A stretch of DNA of 20,653 nucleotides, from the NCBI GenBank assembly GCA_964016885.1, contig CAXHJY010000756.1, forward strand, positions 1 to 20,653. Reading direction: 5' to 3'. A model generated the notes under the pieces. The model did no database searches and was not told the origin of the DNA. It was given only the letters and a program-made list of their open reading frames with translations. The DNA comes from Eledone cirrhosa (Eukaryota). Each line of letters begins with the position of its first letter. Position 1 is the stretch's first letter. The position numbers and the translations under genes were made by a program. Positions 1 to 15,276 of the stretch are shown here, piece after piece.

Positions 1-281
<281 letters not shown>

Positions 282-359
282 AAACTTAGACGGGAACAAA
301 AACAGAGAGGCAGAACAAATAAGAGTTTATTAGGTTCACGCTTTTGAGAGTGGGGGGGA

Positions 360-953
360 TACGTGTATGTATGTGTTTGTGAGTGCGACTCTGTGTGTCT
401 GTGAGTCTCTGTGTATATATTTGTGAACTTAATGCATATGTAAATTGATGTGTACATCTATACAGACACTCATGCATAAACATTCTATGATATGTGTGTG
501 TATGCATGTGTGTGTATACGTCTGCATGTGTGTGGATGTGTGTGCATATGTGCCTCTGTGTGTACATATAATTGTGTGGGGCGATTTGTGTATGTATATA
601 TAGTGTGTAGCTCCAGGCGTGGGTGTTTTTTTTGTTTTTTTGGGGGTTTCTCTGTTTATTTATGCATCTCTCTAACTAGACTATTAAAACTAAACATGAG
701 TTTCACAAAAGGTGTCTCGGTACATTGTAGTGAACTTAATTGACAGACTGTCAGGTAGATAGACAGACAGACAGACTGACAGAGAGAGAGAGAGACAGGC
801 TGACAGACTGACAGACAGACCTACATAACGGTGAATAGGTAGAGAGAGAGGAGGAGGAGAGGGAGAGAGATGCGAATAGAGATAGAAAGAGAGAAGAAAG
901 AAGCGCAAAGAGTGATTGAAATAGTGAGGAGATAGATAGCTAAATAAGTAGAC

Positions 954-1001
<48 letters not shown>

Positions 1002-1020
1002 GTGTGTGTTTGTGTGTTTT
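360..1020. repeat. Compound degenerate microsatellites: (TG)n-like, (GACA)n, (GA)n, (TA)n
   Basis: TG/TA-rich 360-600, GACA/GA 740-900, (TA)n 958-1000. These account for the HT/CV/IY-rich ORFs here. Confidence 0.85.
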
Positions 1021-1070
1021 GAACAATGAATATAAACCAAAAGGCGAAGATAGGTTCTTAATTTGTTTAT

Positions 1071-1210
1071 TATTTTACGACCGTTTCAGAGGGTTGATTG
1101 AGCATGATAAATCGATATATTGACCAATTTAACCAATAGATGGTGGCTATGCCACCACCTATTATTAGTCTCGATATCCTAGATCTATCTCATCCTCTTC
1201 CTCAGAGACT
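1071..1210 (-). ncRNA. Type I hammerhead motif with a ~110-nt hairpin stem II; stem I degenerate
   Basis: Minus strand reads agtct-CTGAGGA-agagg...cctct-GAAA-cggtcg-TA-aaata. The apex of stem II is a 13-bp hairpin, aataggtggtggc-ata-gccaccatctatt (1135-1163). Confidence 0.55.
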
Positions 1211-1213
1211 ATC

Positions 1214-1217
<4 letters not shown>

Positions 1218-1254
<37 letters not shown>

Positions 1255-1255
1255 C

Positions 1256-1353
<98 letters not shown>

Positions 1354-1456
1354 GTAGGATGTAGGTAGATAGATCAAGATTTTACCAGTTTTAAAGTATT
1401 ATTCAGCGAAGTACTCGACACTTGGGATACTAAAGTGAAAAAAACATACATGCATC

Positions 1457-1512
<56 letters not shown>
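1218..1512. repeat. (TA)n 1218-1252, (GATA)n 1257-1353 and (TA)n 1460-1512
   Basis: Read directly. Confidence 0.95.
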
Positions 1513-1514
<2 letters not shown>

Positions 1515-1734
1515 AATCTCCTCTGCATCTAGTTCGATAGATCGATAGATGGATTGGTAGATAAGTTATAAGTTGTATAAGCAGTTTTACTACGAATGTA
1601 GTTGTGTGTAGAAGTGAATGTTTAATGTTATTGTATATATTGAGGAGGCTGTTAGTTCTATGTAGTGGTGTTTGTTCTTCTATAATTTACTTTTGTTTGT
1701 ATTGTTTATGTGTTGTGTTGCATTTTTATTGCTT

Positions 1735-1814
1735 TTACGAATAAGGATGTATATTTGTTTAAAAGGTGTTGTGAAGTGGTTTTAAGGAGAAGCTAGTATA
1801 TATGGAGTCTCTAA
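1735..1814 (-). pseudogene. Possible inverted fragment of a PLE GIY-YIG C-terminus
   Basis: Minus strand reads LETPYILAS then, after a frameshift, QHLLNKYTSLFVK. This resembles LLETHTIIFSNLNLLNKKSEVF at the end of the main copy, but the match is short and degenerate. Confidence 0.4.
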
Positions 1815-1965
1815 CCATATCCCCATACAGCCATCCCCACACTAAACCTGAACAAAGTTGGAATAGGAAAAATAAGCTGGTTTAATCCTCTGTTCAACTT
1901 AACTGTTTCTACTAACATAGCTAGGAACTTCCTATCTCTAATTAGGCAACACTTCCCTAAGAACA
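1812..1965 (+). pseudogene. Penelope-like element fragment (post-RT thumb/linker motif)
   Basis: Plus frame from 1869 reads KISWFNPLFNLTVSTNIARNFLSLIRQHFPK. This matches the PLE WFNPP...V.TN....FL.LI..HFP motif and the main copy's IFNPPFNLNVSTNLPKAFFSILDK. Confidence 0.8.
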
Positions 1966-2320
1966 ACAACAATAGCACCATTACCACCACCAACACCACC
2001 ACCGCTAACACCACCGCCAACACCACCACCGCCAACACCACCACCGCCAACACCACCAACAACACCAACACCGCCGCCAACACCACCACCAACACCCCCA
2101 ATACCACCACCGCCAACACCACTACTAACACCGCCATCACCAACACCACCACCAACACCACTACTGCCAACACCACCACCGCCAACACCACCACCAACAA
2201 TACCAATACTGACAACACCACCACCGACAACACTACAACCCACACCACCACTACCACCAACACCGCCAATACCACCACCACCACCAACACCAACACCACC
2301 GCCAACACTGCCACCACACT
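1962..2320. repeat. Imperfect (ACC/GCC/AAC)n trinucleotide array with 12-15 bp higher-order units
   Basis: Recurring ccaccaccgccaaca units with triplet phase preserved. Source of the poly-Gly and poly-Val minus-strand ORFs. Confidence 0.9.
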
Positions 2321-2374
2321 CTCCACTTAAATTGCTTCCATAATTGTTACACATTGACTTCTAATATTATTACA

Positions 2375-2690
2375 CCTTCCCCTACTCCTCTCTATCTATC
2401 TATCCCCCCTTTATCTCTCTCTATCTATCTATCTCCCCTCTCTCTATCCCTCTCTCTCACTCTCTCGCTCACCTGCCCTTCTCTTTATTCCTCCTCCTTT
2501 CTCTTTCAGTCCTTATTGTCTTTCTTTTTCTATTTTCCTTCCTCTCACTCTTTCTCTCTAATCTCTCTACATTTTGATCCCTAAATTCCTTAATCCATCA
2601 CTAATCCCACAAAACATATTCCTTTAGCACTTTTCTTTCTCCCTCCCTTTCTTCTCATTCTCGTATTTTCTTTCTTCGTCTTCTTCATCT
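2375..2690. repeat. Polypyrimidine (CT)-rich low-complexity tract
   Basis: Mostly C/T on the plus strand, with degenerate (CT)n and (CTAT)n. Confidence 0.8.
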
Positions 2691-2711
2691 TATTATTATT
2701 ATTATTATAAT

Positions 2712-2897
2712 GGCGGTGGATTGGCAGTAACGGTAGAGGGTCGGACGCCATTCTTTTCAGCATAGAGTTACGGCCCTTTACGGTCTGAACTCAAATCCCG
2801 CCGAGGTTAACTTTGCCTTTCATCCTTACGGGGTCGATAAAATAAAGTACCAGTAATGCACTGGGTAATTGCTGGTCTTGTGCCTAAAGTAGAAACA

Positions 2898-2933
<36 letters not shown>
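2712..2933 (+). mobile_element. tRNA-derived SINE with (ATT)n tail
   Basis: GGCGG start, A-box-like TGGCAGTAACGG, B-box-like ACTCAAATCCC, central GCCTTTCATCCTTACGGGGTCGATAAAATAAAGTACCAG domain and an (ATT)n tail. A second copy lies inverted at 16771-16958. It resembles octopus SINEs and the Meta-type core from memory, not from a search. Confidence 0.9.
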
Positions 2934-2935
<2 letters not shown>

Positions 2936-3358
2936 ACTCCTACTTCATCTTCTTGTTCTCCTCCTCCTCTTCTTTCTCCGCTCAATTATTACCACAGCGA
3001 CCTATCTGACATCTGATAACATCACAAGGTCACAAGTTTTAGGTTATGTCGTATAAGTTCTTGGCTTTCTAAGGGCGGAGATGTTTGGAAAAGGCAAAGA
3101 AAAGGGCAATGGCGAGTGAGTTACTGGTGCCTCAAAACCAGCTACATCTTGTAGACAGAAATCGTCAGATTTGGGTGTAAATCAGTCTAGGAGAAGCCTC
3201 ACTCTGATACACGGATAGATGTATTGTCTATAATGCGCTCAAACATCCGTGATCCGTAGTAGACAACTGAAGAAGGGAAAATGTCTATCTCTTGTTTGTA
3301 TTCCCTTAACTTTCTAACACTCGTTATCAGTAACCACGCAGCCTCGTCCCTCTCAATC

Positions 3359-3363
<5 letters not shown>

Positions 3364-3401
<38 letters not shown>

Positions 3402-3506
3402 GAAGTAATTCCGTCGGAAAAGTCCAGGAAAAAAGAATGCTCTATGTAGGTAACAGAGCTTAATAACTATATATATATATATATATGTATTTATAAATAT
3501 ATATAT

Positions 3507-3592
<86 letters not shown>
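3364..3592. repeat. (TA)n tracts (3364-3398, 3468-3592)
   Basis: Read directly. Confidence 0.9.
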
Positions 3593-3595
<3 letters not shown>

Positions 3596-3606
3596 AATAT
3601 ATTTAT

Positions 3607-3655
3607 TCACTTACAATTGTTTCATCCAAACCTAGGCTTGGAATCTTCGGAACAT
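3607..3655 (-). ncRNA. Type I hammerhead motif, probably inactivated (U4C, weak stem I)
   Basis: Minus strand reads atgtt-CCGAAGA-t-tccaagc-ctag-gtttgga-t-GAAA-caattg-TA-agtga, then AATAAA and (TA)n. Same strand as the PLE ORF and about 1.45 kb downstream of its stop. Confidence 0.7.
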
Positions 3656-3730
3656 TTTTTAATGCTTGTACATATAATTAACCTCCTATCCAACGCAAGA
3701 GACATACAGATACATATATATATATATATA

Positions 3731-6612
3731 TTGATGTACAGTGGATCGACATATATTATACTATACTATATTTGTATAGTAATTCAAATTTAAAATCAAA
3801 ATTAAAATACAAAATTAAAATACATGCGGCAGATAACACAGATAATGCAAGAGAATAGTCCAATAATCAGATCTAGTAGATAGTGTATGCGTTAGTCATA
3901 TATAGAGCATGCAAGTGTGTCTCATTTATATAAGAGTATTGTGTGGCAAGGTGTTACATGTAATACAAGCACTTTAAGCGGGTAAGCAAGAATATTATGG
4001 TGGTTGTAGTGGGAGGGTATTTTTTGTTTAGATCAAATTAGTATGTGTGCAGAAAAAGAAAAAGAAAGTTATAGTTTTCACATCCACCACCATTTTCACA
4101 TCCAGAAAAAGGAAGTTATAGTTTTCACATCCATCACATATCTTACGATGTATTCGTATTGAATGTTTGATGTAGTAAAGGATTGTAACGTATTGAGGCT
4201 CAGTGTTATTTAATCCATATTTATAGAATAGGTTCTTTCTGCTGCGAGAATTTACAGCGGTTTATTATCCGGAAGTAGGTATGCAATTAAGGGGAGTTAA
4301 TGCGTAAGGGGAGGTAACTAGCTGATTCTCATAACTAAATTCATTTTTCTAACATACGCTATGTGGTGCCTCAATTGAGTCCCTTATATAAAAGGTTATA
4401 TATTTATATTTAATTTTAAATACAGTCTACTCTATCATAATGTATTAAAGGTATCCGTAGGAAGTTGATTACTCCTTATTATATAGCGCTATAATTGAAT
4501 TTCCCACGCAAAGTGCTATATCTTTATATCAAATTCACTTTAAATACAGTCTACTCTCAAAACATATCAAAGGTCCAATTAGAATTTTTGTCTACATAAC
4601 CTTTGATAAGCTATGGAGCAGCGTACGGCTGTTTGCATGATAAAATTAAATACATCTCTTGGGTAAACAAATTCATCCCCCATATACAATGTCATTAATC
4701 TATCGATTAAGTTATAAATGCATATATAATTCATATATAATTCATTGCGCCACACTACATATAATTTAGTCAAATCCCTTATGTTAATAAATTAATCCTA
4801 TATATATCCAATGTTATTACTCTATACATTTAATTACAAATGCATATATAATTCATTGTTGTATCCAGTATTTAAAGTTTATATAAATTGTATTATATTT
4901 CAATCCCTATATAACTATAAGTAATCAAAAGTAATTATATTAGAAGTTGGTGTTTATGGGGATATTTCTAGGGTATAAAGTTATAGATAGATAGAATGAT
5001 TTGTGTCGAGGAAAGGGTGGATCAGAGAGTGTGGTGTAGTGGTGGAAGGCAAGCCCTTGGGGTGCAGTGTAAAAAGTGGTGATAAGTTCAAATCTGACAT
5101 TGTTATATACTAGGTTTAAAGCTTTGGAAAGAGTGTCGGAAGCGGTGCTGGCAAGACGCAAACACTTCCGATTTTTTATTAAGGAGGTTAAGGTTCGAAA
5201 AGATTATAGTATGGGTCTCTAGTAGACAGAGGTTACAGAATTTATTAGGTGGTTTGTACGATGCCGCCCTACCTGTCACTTCCCATTGAAGTGTATATGA
5301 TCTATTCCTAGTTTTCAGATAGTGTATGTAGCTAGATAGTGAAGTGGAGTTGGCTAGACTGTGTTTTTTGAAAGAATGGAGATGTGAGTTGTATCCCGTT
5401 TTGAAGCAGTTCGAAGTAGAGCCTATATAGGTTTCAGAAGAGTTGCTAGTTCTGACCGTGCATGAGTAAATGATGTCCTTGATTAAGCAGTTTTTACCTC
5501 AAGGGCAGGTTCTATTAGATGTACAGTTACATTTATTTTGGATGTTAACCTGTCGGTTATTATGTTGTGTAGAAGTCTGGTTGCTAGGTATTGCATTATG
5601 GCTATGAAGGTTGTCGCTCCTAATGCTATTGATTTCACTAGTGTTATTACTATTATTACTATTGATATCAGGGTTTGTAGTTATTATGTTGTTTTGAAAA
5701 TTTACCCCCTGCTGTGTTTTAGTTTGTTGAAAGTAAGTATTAATCTTTCTTTTATTGCTACTAGCTATGTGGTATGCTATGTTAGGCGTGGTAGAGTAGG
5801 AGATTTTAATGGTGTTATTTATAAAACTATGGTACTTGTGGCCAGATGGGAATTTTTATCCAGTATTGAGAAGAAAGCCTTAGGTAGGTTGGTAGAGACG
5901 TTTAGATTGAAAGGGGGGTTGAAAATGTATTAGTTCTTCTTCTATTTTTGTTTTTGATATCTGTTGAGGTGTTTCAGTTTATAGTATTTTGGTGTCTTCT
6001 CTGGTGCGAGTTACGTTTGATGCTACCCTTCGTATTAGCGTGTGCGTGTGTTTATTACTCTTATTACTATTTGTCCTCATGGACATATTGTGAGAAATAA
6101 TGTTGTAACTATGTGTTTTTATAGGAAGGAACTCAATCTCATTATTATGGCCTGACCTAACTAATGCCTGATTATAGTATTGTGAATTTTTGCTAAATAT
6201 GGTTTCGTCATAAGATAGATTAGAGATTATATTGGATATTCCTTTAGTGATAGAGTTTAATATTGATCTAGGGTGGTTAGACTTGGTATCTAGATAAATT
6301 AGTTTATCGTTAGGTTTATGAAATGGTGTATATATTTTAGAGTCTAGGTAAAGGGTAGCATCAAGGAAGTTAACGTTTTTAGTGTTTTTGTCTATGGTGA
6401 TACTTAGGTTATAGTTTTTGAAAGTTTTATGTAATAGTTTCCTAGTTCTTTCTATATTAAATTTTTTATAGTCTATAAGGCGTAGTGCATCATCGCGGTA
6501 CAAACCACCGTTGAGGTATTTCATTTAGTAGGTATTTGACTTGGTGTCCTTGAAATATGTATAATGAAATAAATATGGTTTTATAAATATAGTTTCCATT
6601 TGTTAATATATC
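3731..6612 (-). mobile_element. 5'-truncated Penelope-like retroelement between (TA)n tracts (ORF remnant plus presumed 3' UTR)
   Basis: Non-microsatellite island bounded by TA runs and containing the RT-GIY-YIG remnant. The 3' boundary is uncertain and may extend to about 3595 to include the HHR. Confidence 0.65.
5103..6540 (-). pseudogene. PLE reverse transcriptase C-terminal half plus C-terminal GIY-YIG endonuclease, Hydra-clade-like; disrupted
   Basis: RT motifs: GLYRDD (YRDD at 6500-6489), NFLDATL, HKPND..IY....SNHP. After a stop and frameshifts: IFNPPFNLNVSTN, KFPSGHKYHSFINNTIKISYSTTPN, CNC....CP*GKNCLIKDIIY (IIY 5474-5466), YIGST (5429-5415), FKTGYNSH, STSLSSYI, CNLCLLE, LLNKKSE..SCQH, stop TAA at 5105-5103. 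The CxC, CxxC and terminal CxH motifs fit the Hydra PLE clade as I recall it. Internal stops at 5981-5979 and 5501-5499, at least two frameshifts, and the conserved Arg replaced by Gly (5396-5394). Confidence 0.93.
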
Positions 6613-6613
6613 G

Positions 6614-10834
<4,221 letters not shown>

Positions 10835-10877
<43 letters not shown>

Positions 10878-10992
10878 CCAAGCAGCTATGGTAGTTTGTA
10901 CAAACTATAAAACATAAACTGAAATCTCCCCAGTTTATTTTTTCTCATTTAAGCTGTGATAACAACATTTGATCGTCATACCTTCTGACAGT

Positions 10993-11028
<36 letters not shown>

Positions 11029-11244
11029 TCGCTCTCTCTCTGTCTCTCCTTCTCTCTGTCTTCCACACGATCTCACCCCCCCCCCCCTCTCTCACATACA
11101 CACACATAAACACACAACTGTCCGGAACGTAAAGACTCTTTTCCTACTGTATCAAGTGTTAAACTAATATATTTCCTCACTATACTGTGTTGATTCCTTT
11201 GTTGTTTCCGTTCAATTTTTGCACACACACACACACATATATAC

Positions 11245-11317
<73 letters not shown>
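10835..11317. repeat. (GA)n 10835-10873, (CT)n(CA)n about 10993-11050, (CA)n(TA)n 11222-11317
   Basis: Read directly. Confidence 0.9.
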
Positions 11318-11323
<6 letters not shown>

Positions 11324-11503
11324 TATCACAGAGTACTCATTTTTGTATACATATATATATATATATTAGAAAGTGAGGTTTTTTTACAAAATAAAAATAA
11401 CCCAGGTGTCCTACACGAGTGAGAGTATAAAGAAAAAAAGATGAAATCGAGAATGCAACTGGAGTCTTATTTTTTTTTAAATATATATATTTATTTGGTG
11501 GTC

Positions 11504-11539
11504 CTTTACCGGTTTCGCAGTTCTTCTGCTTTTCAAAAG
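11504..11539 (-). ncRNA. Minimal type I hammerhead, U3-A8 core variant (left arm)
   Basis: Minus strand reads ctt-TTGAAAA-gcag-aagaa-ctgc-GAAA-ccgg-TA-aag. Palindromic stem III and a GUA triplet, but stem I is only 3 bp. Confidence 0.65.
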
Positions 11540-11595
11540 TAGAGTTGAGATGGAGGGTCTGTGAGAAAAACCACAGACCCTCCATCTCAACTCTA

Positions 11596-11631
11596 CTTTT
11601 GAAAAGCAGAAGAACTGCGAAACTGGTAAAG
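11596..11631 (+). ncRNA. Minimal type I hammerhead, U3-A8 core variant (right arm)
   Basis: ctt-TTGAAAA-gcag-aagaa-ctgc-GAAA-ctgg-TA-aag. The stem III palindrome is broken by a C>T change at a CpG. Confidence 0.6.
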
Positions 11632-11769
11632 GAACCAAATAAATATATATATTTTTTTTTAAATAAGACTCCAGTTGCATTTTCGATTTCATCTTTTTTC
11701 CTTTATATCTATATCTATCTATATATATATATATATAGAAGTGGTTACATAACAGTTAGTTCACCATAC

Positions 11770-11807
11770 CGAGAACAATTGTTTCACCTTAGCGGATCCT
11801 CAGCTCG
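11770..11807 (-). ncRNA. Minimal type I hammerhead with intact core
   Basis: Minus strand reads cgag-CTGAGGA-t-cc-gctaa-gg-t-GAAA-caattg-TT-ctcg. Stem I is 4 bp, stem III is the palindrome CAATTG, the triplet is GUU, and (TA)n follows about 35 nt downstream. Confidence 0.8.
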
Positions 11808-12299
11808 TAATGGACATGGTTATACGGAACAGCGTTACACTGTCTTATGTAATCAGTAACGTAATCCATGATACATTAAAAAAATACGATATTATATATA
11901 AACTGCATTAGGAGAAAATTAGTGACGGAAATATATGAATGTTTATTTAAGCGATCGCTAACCGGCTGTGTTGATATTTGAACATTTTAAAGAAGTGAAT
12001 CTTACAATAAGCAACAAAATTATTTATATTTAATCAGGAATAACGAAATTTAGTAGATAAATTATGTAATATTCATTCATTATTTATTCAAAGTAATCCA
12101 ACTAATTTTACAAACGGGATAAAAAAATATATTCTGGACGCAGTCCCGCACTCATTACTTTATTATAGTTTAGATATATTTTATATATATATATATGTAA
12201 TAAGAGACCGGTACTACAGTCCGTATCATTAAAACGACCAAGAAACCTTCTGTGAGATGCAATCTTCTGGGAGGCTAGCTAAAGCTGATTAAGTGTGGA

Positions 12300-12800
12300 T
12301 TATAAACAATTTTAAAGTTCTATCAAAGGTGTTCAATAAGATATTGACGTGGGTGTAGACAACACCCGATTGATTCACTGGTGAGAACTTCTCAGCCTCA
12401 TCGTTCCCACCTTAATTCCTAAGATTAACGTGACGAGTCCATGACCTGCCCTTTTGCATGACCTGCTGTTTTGCATTAGATATCGCAGAGGATAAATATA
12501 ACACCTGTGATAGTTAATAGCACACGCGGCTCTAAACATCAGTTTCCAACCGATCAATGAACAACGAAACCATAACCGACAAACGTAGCAGGAGAAAAAA
12601 AGATTGATTGATTTCCAGAAGGGTTTTAACAGTATTGCCCACACGTGTAGGCCGTAAATATATTAGCTATATAGATTTTGCAAATAAAACATTTTTTATG
12701 TGACGACTCATTGGCATATAGCGCAAACTTGACGAGATGGTATTAACAAAGAGCGATTCACAACAGAGGTGTTTATGGAAACACATACAATATGTTTATA
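12300..12800 (+). pseudogene. Heavily decayed non-LTR retrotransposon RT fragment, R4/Dong-like
   Basis: Collinear motifs across frameshifts: VLSKVFNKIL....TPD*FTG (from 12317), TLIPKINVTSP, MTC, STRGSKHQF (RG at 12525), LIDFQKGFNSIAH (12604-12642) and NRGVYGNT. These correspond to FN.I..P.W..G.T.LIPK, RPITCL, RGCKDQL, IDYKKAFDSVPH and RGIFQGD. Confidence 0.6.
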
Positions 12801-13639
12801 TATAACGATCAAACTTAGCCTCGCTGTGAGTATTTTAAGCTGCGATCATATAACAGCCGCTTCAATAATCGTGTAAGAACGCCATTTCATTTCATTTCGA
12901 GATCGTTAATCTTCAACGACGCTTCCTCAATCTAATAGCTTCTTGTACATATGTGTGTGTGCGTGTAAATATATGTGTTTGTGTGTGTGTGCGTGTTTGC
13001 GTTTGTGTGGAAAGTAAACGGGAAAAAAACGTAACAGACGATGAAGTTCAATGAAGATATATATTAGTTTCACGTTTATAGTAGAAAATATAGTAGGAAA
13101 GGTCTTAATGTTTCAGATGTTAGTCCTTCATTGGAAAATAGAAAAAATAGAATGAGAGATTAAAAATATAAAGATAGAGGAGGGTGAGCAAGGGCAGAAA
13201 TGAAAAGAATTTCTTCGAGAAAAAGCAGGTCTGTTCATATATATATATATTCACGTAATTCGAAATCCCACCTTTTTCATATAATGTGTCACGTTGTTTC
13301 TGGTTGAAATAGATGGCCGTGTATTTGAAATACTCAACCATTTACACGTTAATTCATAAGTTTGACGTTCAGTTGATCGACTGATTAAATGGTTGTCGTC
13401 GATACCGACGCAGGATCGATAATCAGATGTTAAAATATTCTCAACTGGACACTAAACGAACTAAGAAGTCGAGACAAGAAAAAAAAGACCAAACAAGGAT
13501 ATCAATGAGTGTGTATGGAAGACTTTAATTTCGTGCTGTTTGTGGGAAGTTCCTGATTAGATGGAAAATAGCTTCCAAGGAATTATAGCATAATCGATAT
13601 TTTCGATCTTATCCGAGAGTATTTAAGGTGAAGAATATA

Positions 13640-13736
13640 CAGGGTTTCCCACAAAAATGTATACACAATTTGATTACCTGTGCAGACAATATTTATTAGA
13701 ATGGTGTTGAAGTCTACAATTTGGGGGTACACTCTG
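13640..13736. mobile_element. 97-bp Tc1/mariner-type MITE with degenerate TIRs and TA flanks
   Basis: TA-cagggtttcccacaaaaatgtatac...gtctacaatttgggggtacactctg-TA. The two 25-nt ends match at 18/25 as inverted repeats and have a CAGGGTGT-type terminus. Confidence 0.65.
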
Positions 13737-14585
<849 letters not shown>

Positions 14586-14808
14586 GTAATAATAATAAAA
14601 TTGAAGACTAAAATCCAAAGAGGGCTCGATAAGGAAAATATATATCAAATATATAAGAACCGTAGAGCAAATATTAATGACGTATTATTCGTTTTTTCCC
14701 GTTCTTTGCCAGCGAACGTTTCCACGAACCAAAGTATCGTCTTCTGTCTTCCTCCGGTTGCAACGTTTTTTGAAATATCCAGGTCTGCGTTTACAGATTG
14801 ACTTTGTT

Positions 14809-14859
14809 AGTTTCAGAAGATCCCGTTAAGGGTGAAAGCAGCAATTCTTTGCTTAAACT
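14809..14859 (+). ncRNA. Type I hammerhead motif with all three stems and one core defect (U4A)
   Basis: agttt-CAGAAGA-t-ccc-gttaa-ggg-t-GAAA-gca-gcaattctt-tgc-TT-aaact, followed by AATAAA and (TA)n at about 14875-14900. Confidence 0.7.
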
Positions 14860-15186
14860 TTAATCTGTTATTTTAATAAATATATATATATATATATATA
14901 TCTGTGTGATTCTAAATATATTGTTAATAGCTCCCTCTGGTTGAGTAATCTTTGAAGTGTGGTGGCTGCTGGAAACCTGCCATTACTCATACTTCTCTGC
15001 CTCCTTCACCACCTCTTCTACGGCTTCGATATAAATACCCCCTCCGCCTCTGTGGTATTTTCTTCGGGGTTATAAGAGGCTTAGCTCTGTTTCTCGACCG
15101 TTTTATCGCGTGACTATCTCCCCTCCGCCTTTTGGGATTCTTTCTCACGTCGTGTAGACGCGTTCTTGAGACTAGTAAATGAGGTA

Positions 15187-15276
15187 TCCTCTTGATAAGT
15201 CGGCAGACCTCGCAGGGACTCTATATCTTTATGATGTATTGTTTTTGTTTATGCCACGAAACTACGTAGTCGAGGA
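15187..15276 (+). ncRNA. Type I hammerhead, U3-A8 core variant with extended stem II
   Basis: tcctc-TTGATAA-gt(c)ggca...tgccac-GAAA-ctacgtag-TC-gagga. Perfect 5-bp stem I, palindromic stem III (ACTACGTAGT) and a canonical GUC triplet. Confidence 0.75.

Larger units (their letters stand above)
11426..11707. repeat. Near-perfect inverted repeat: arms 11426-11563 and 11572-11707, 8-nt spacer AGAAAAAC
   Basis: ...cttttcaaaagtagagttgagatggagggtctgtg-agaaaaac-cacagaccctccatctcaactctacttttgaaaag... The inner ~50 bp are perfect and the outer parts have a few mismatches and indels. Confidence 0.97.

Noticed and set aside
1811-2354. Gly-rich (138 aa) and Val-rich (171 aa) minus-strand ORFs resembling structural or membrane proteins
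   Set aside because: They are alternative readings of one (GGT)n-type array, lack a signal peptide, and their unique tails are antisense to a PLE fragment.
2712-2800. tRNA gene
   Set aside because: A/B boxes are present but there is no cloverleaf. It is the SINE head.
3199-3310. Hammerhead-like pieces: ctgata-cacggat...atccgtg-atc and CTGAAGA-agggaa...ttccct
   Set aside because: Stem II candidates exist but GAAA and stem I are missing. Possibly decayed pLTR, not callable.
5499-5501. In-frame TGA among the Cys motifs as possible selenocysteine (known in Naiad PLEs)
   Set aside because: It falls at the Leu position of CP(L)G, not at a Cys, and the copy has other stops and frameshifts, so it is most simply a nonsense mutation.
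5538-5933. 131-aa plus-strand ORF
   Set aside because: Antisense shadow of the PLE coding remnant.
14705-14762. Minus-strand CAGAAGA...GAAACGTTCG hammerhead-like motif
   Set aside because: No UH cleavage site, poor stem II register and no convincing stem I.
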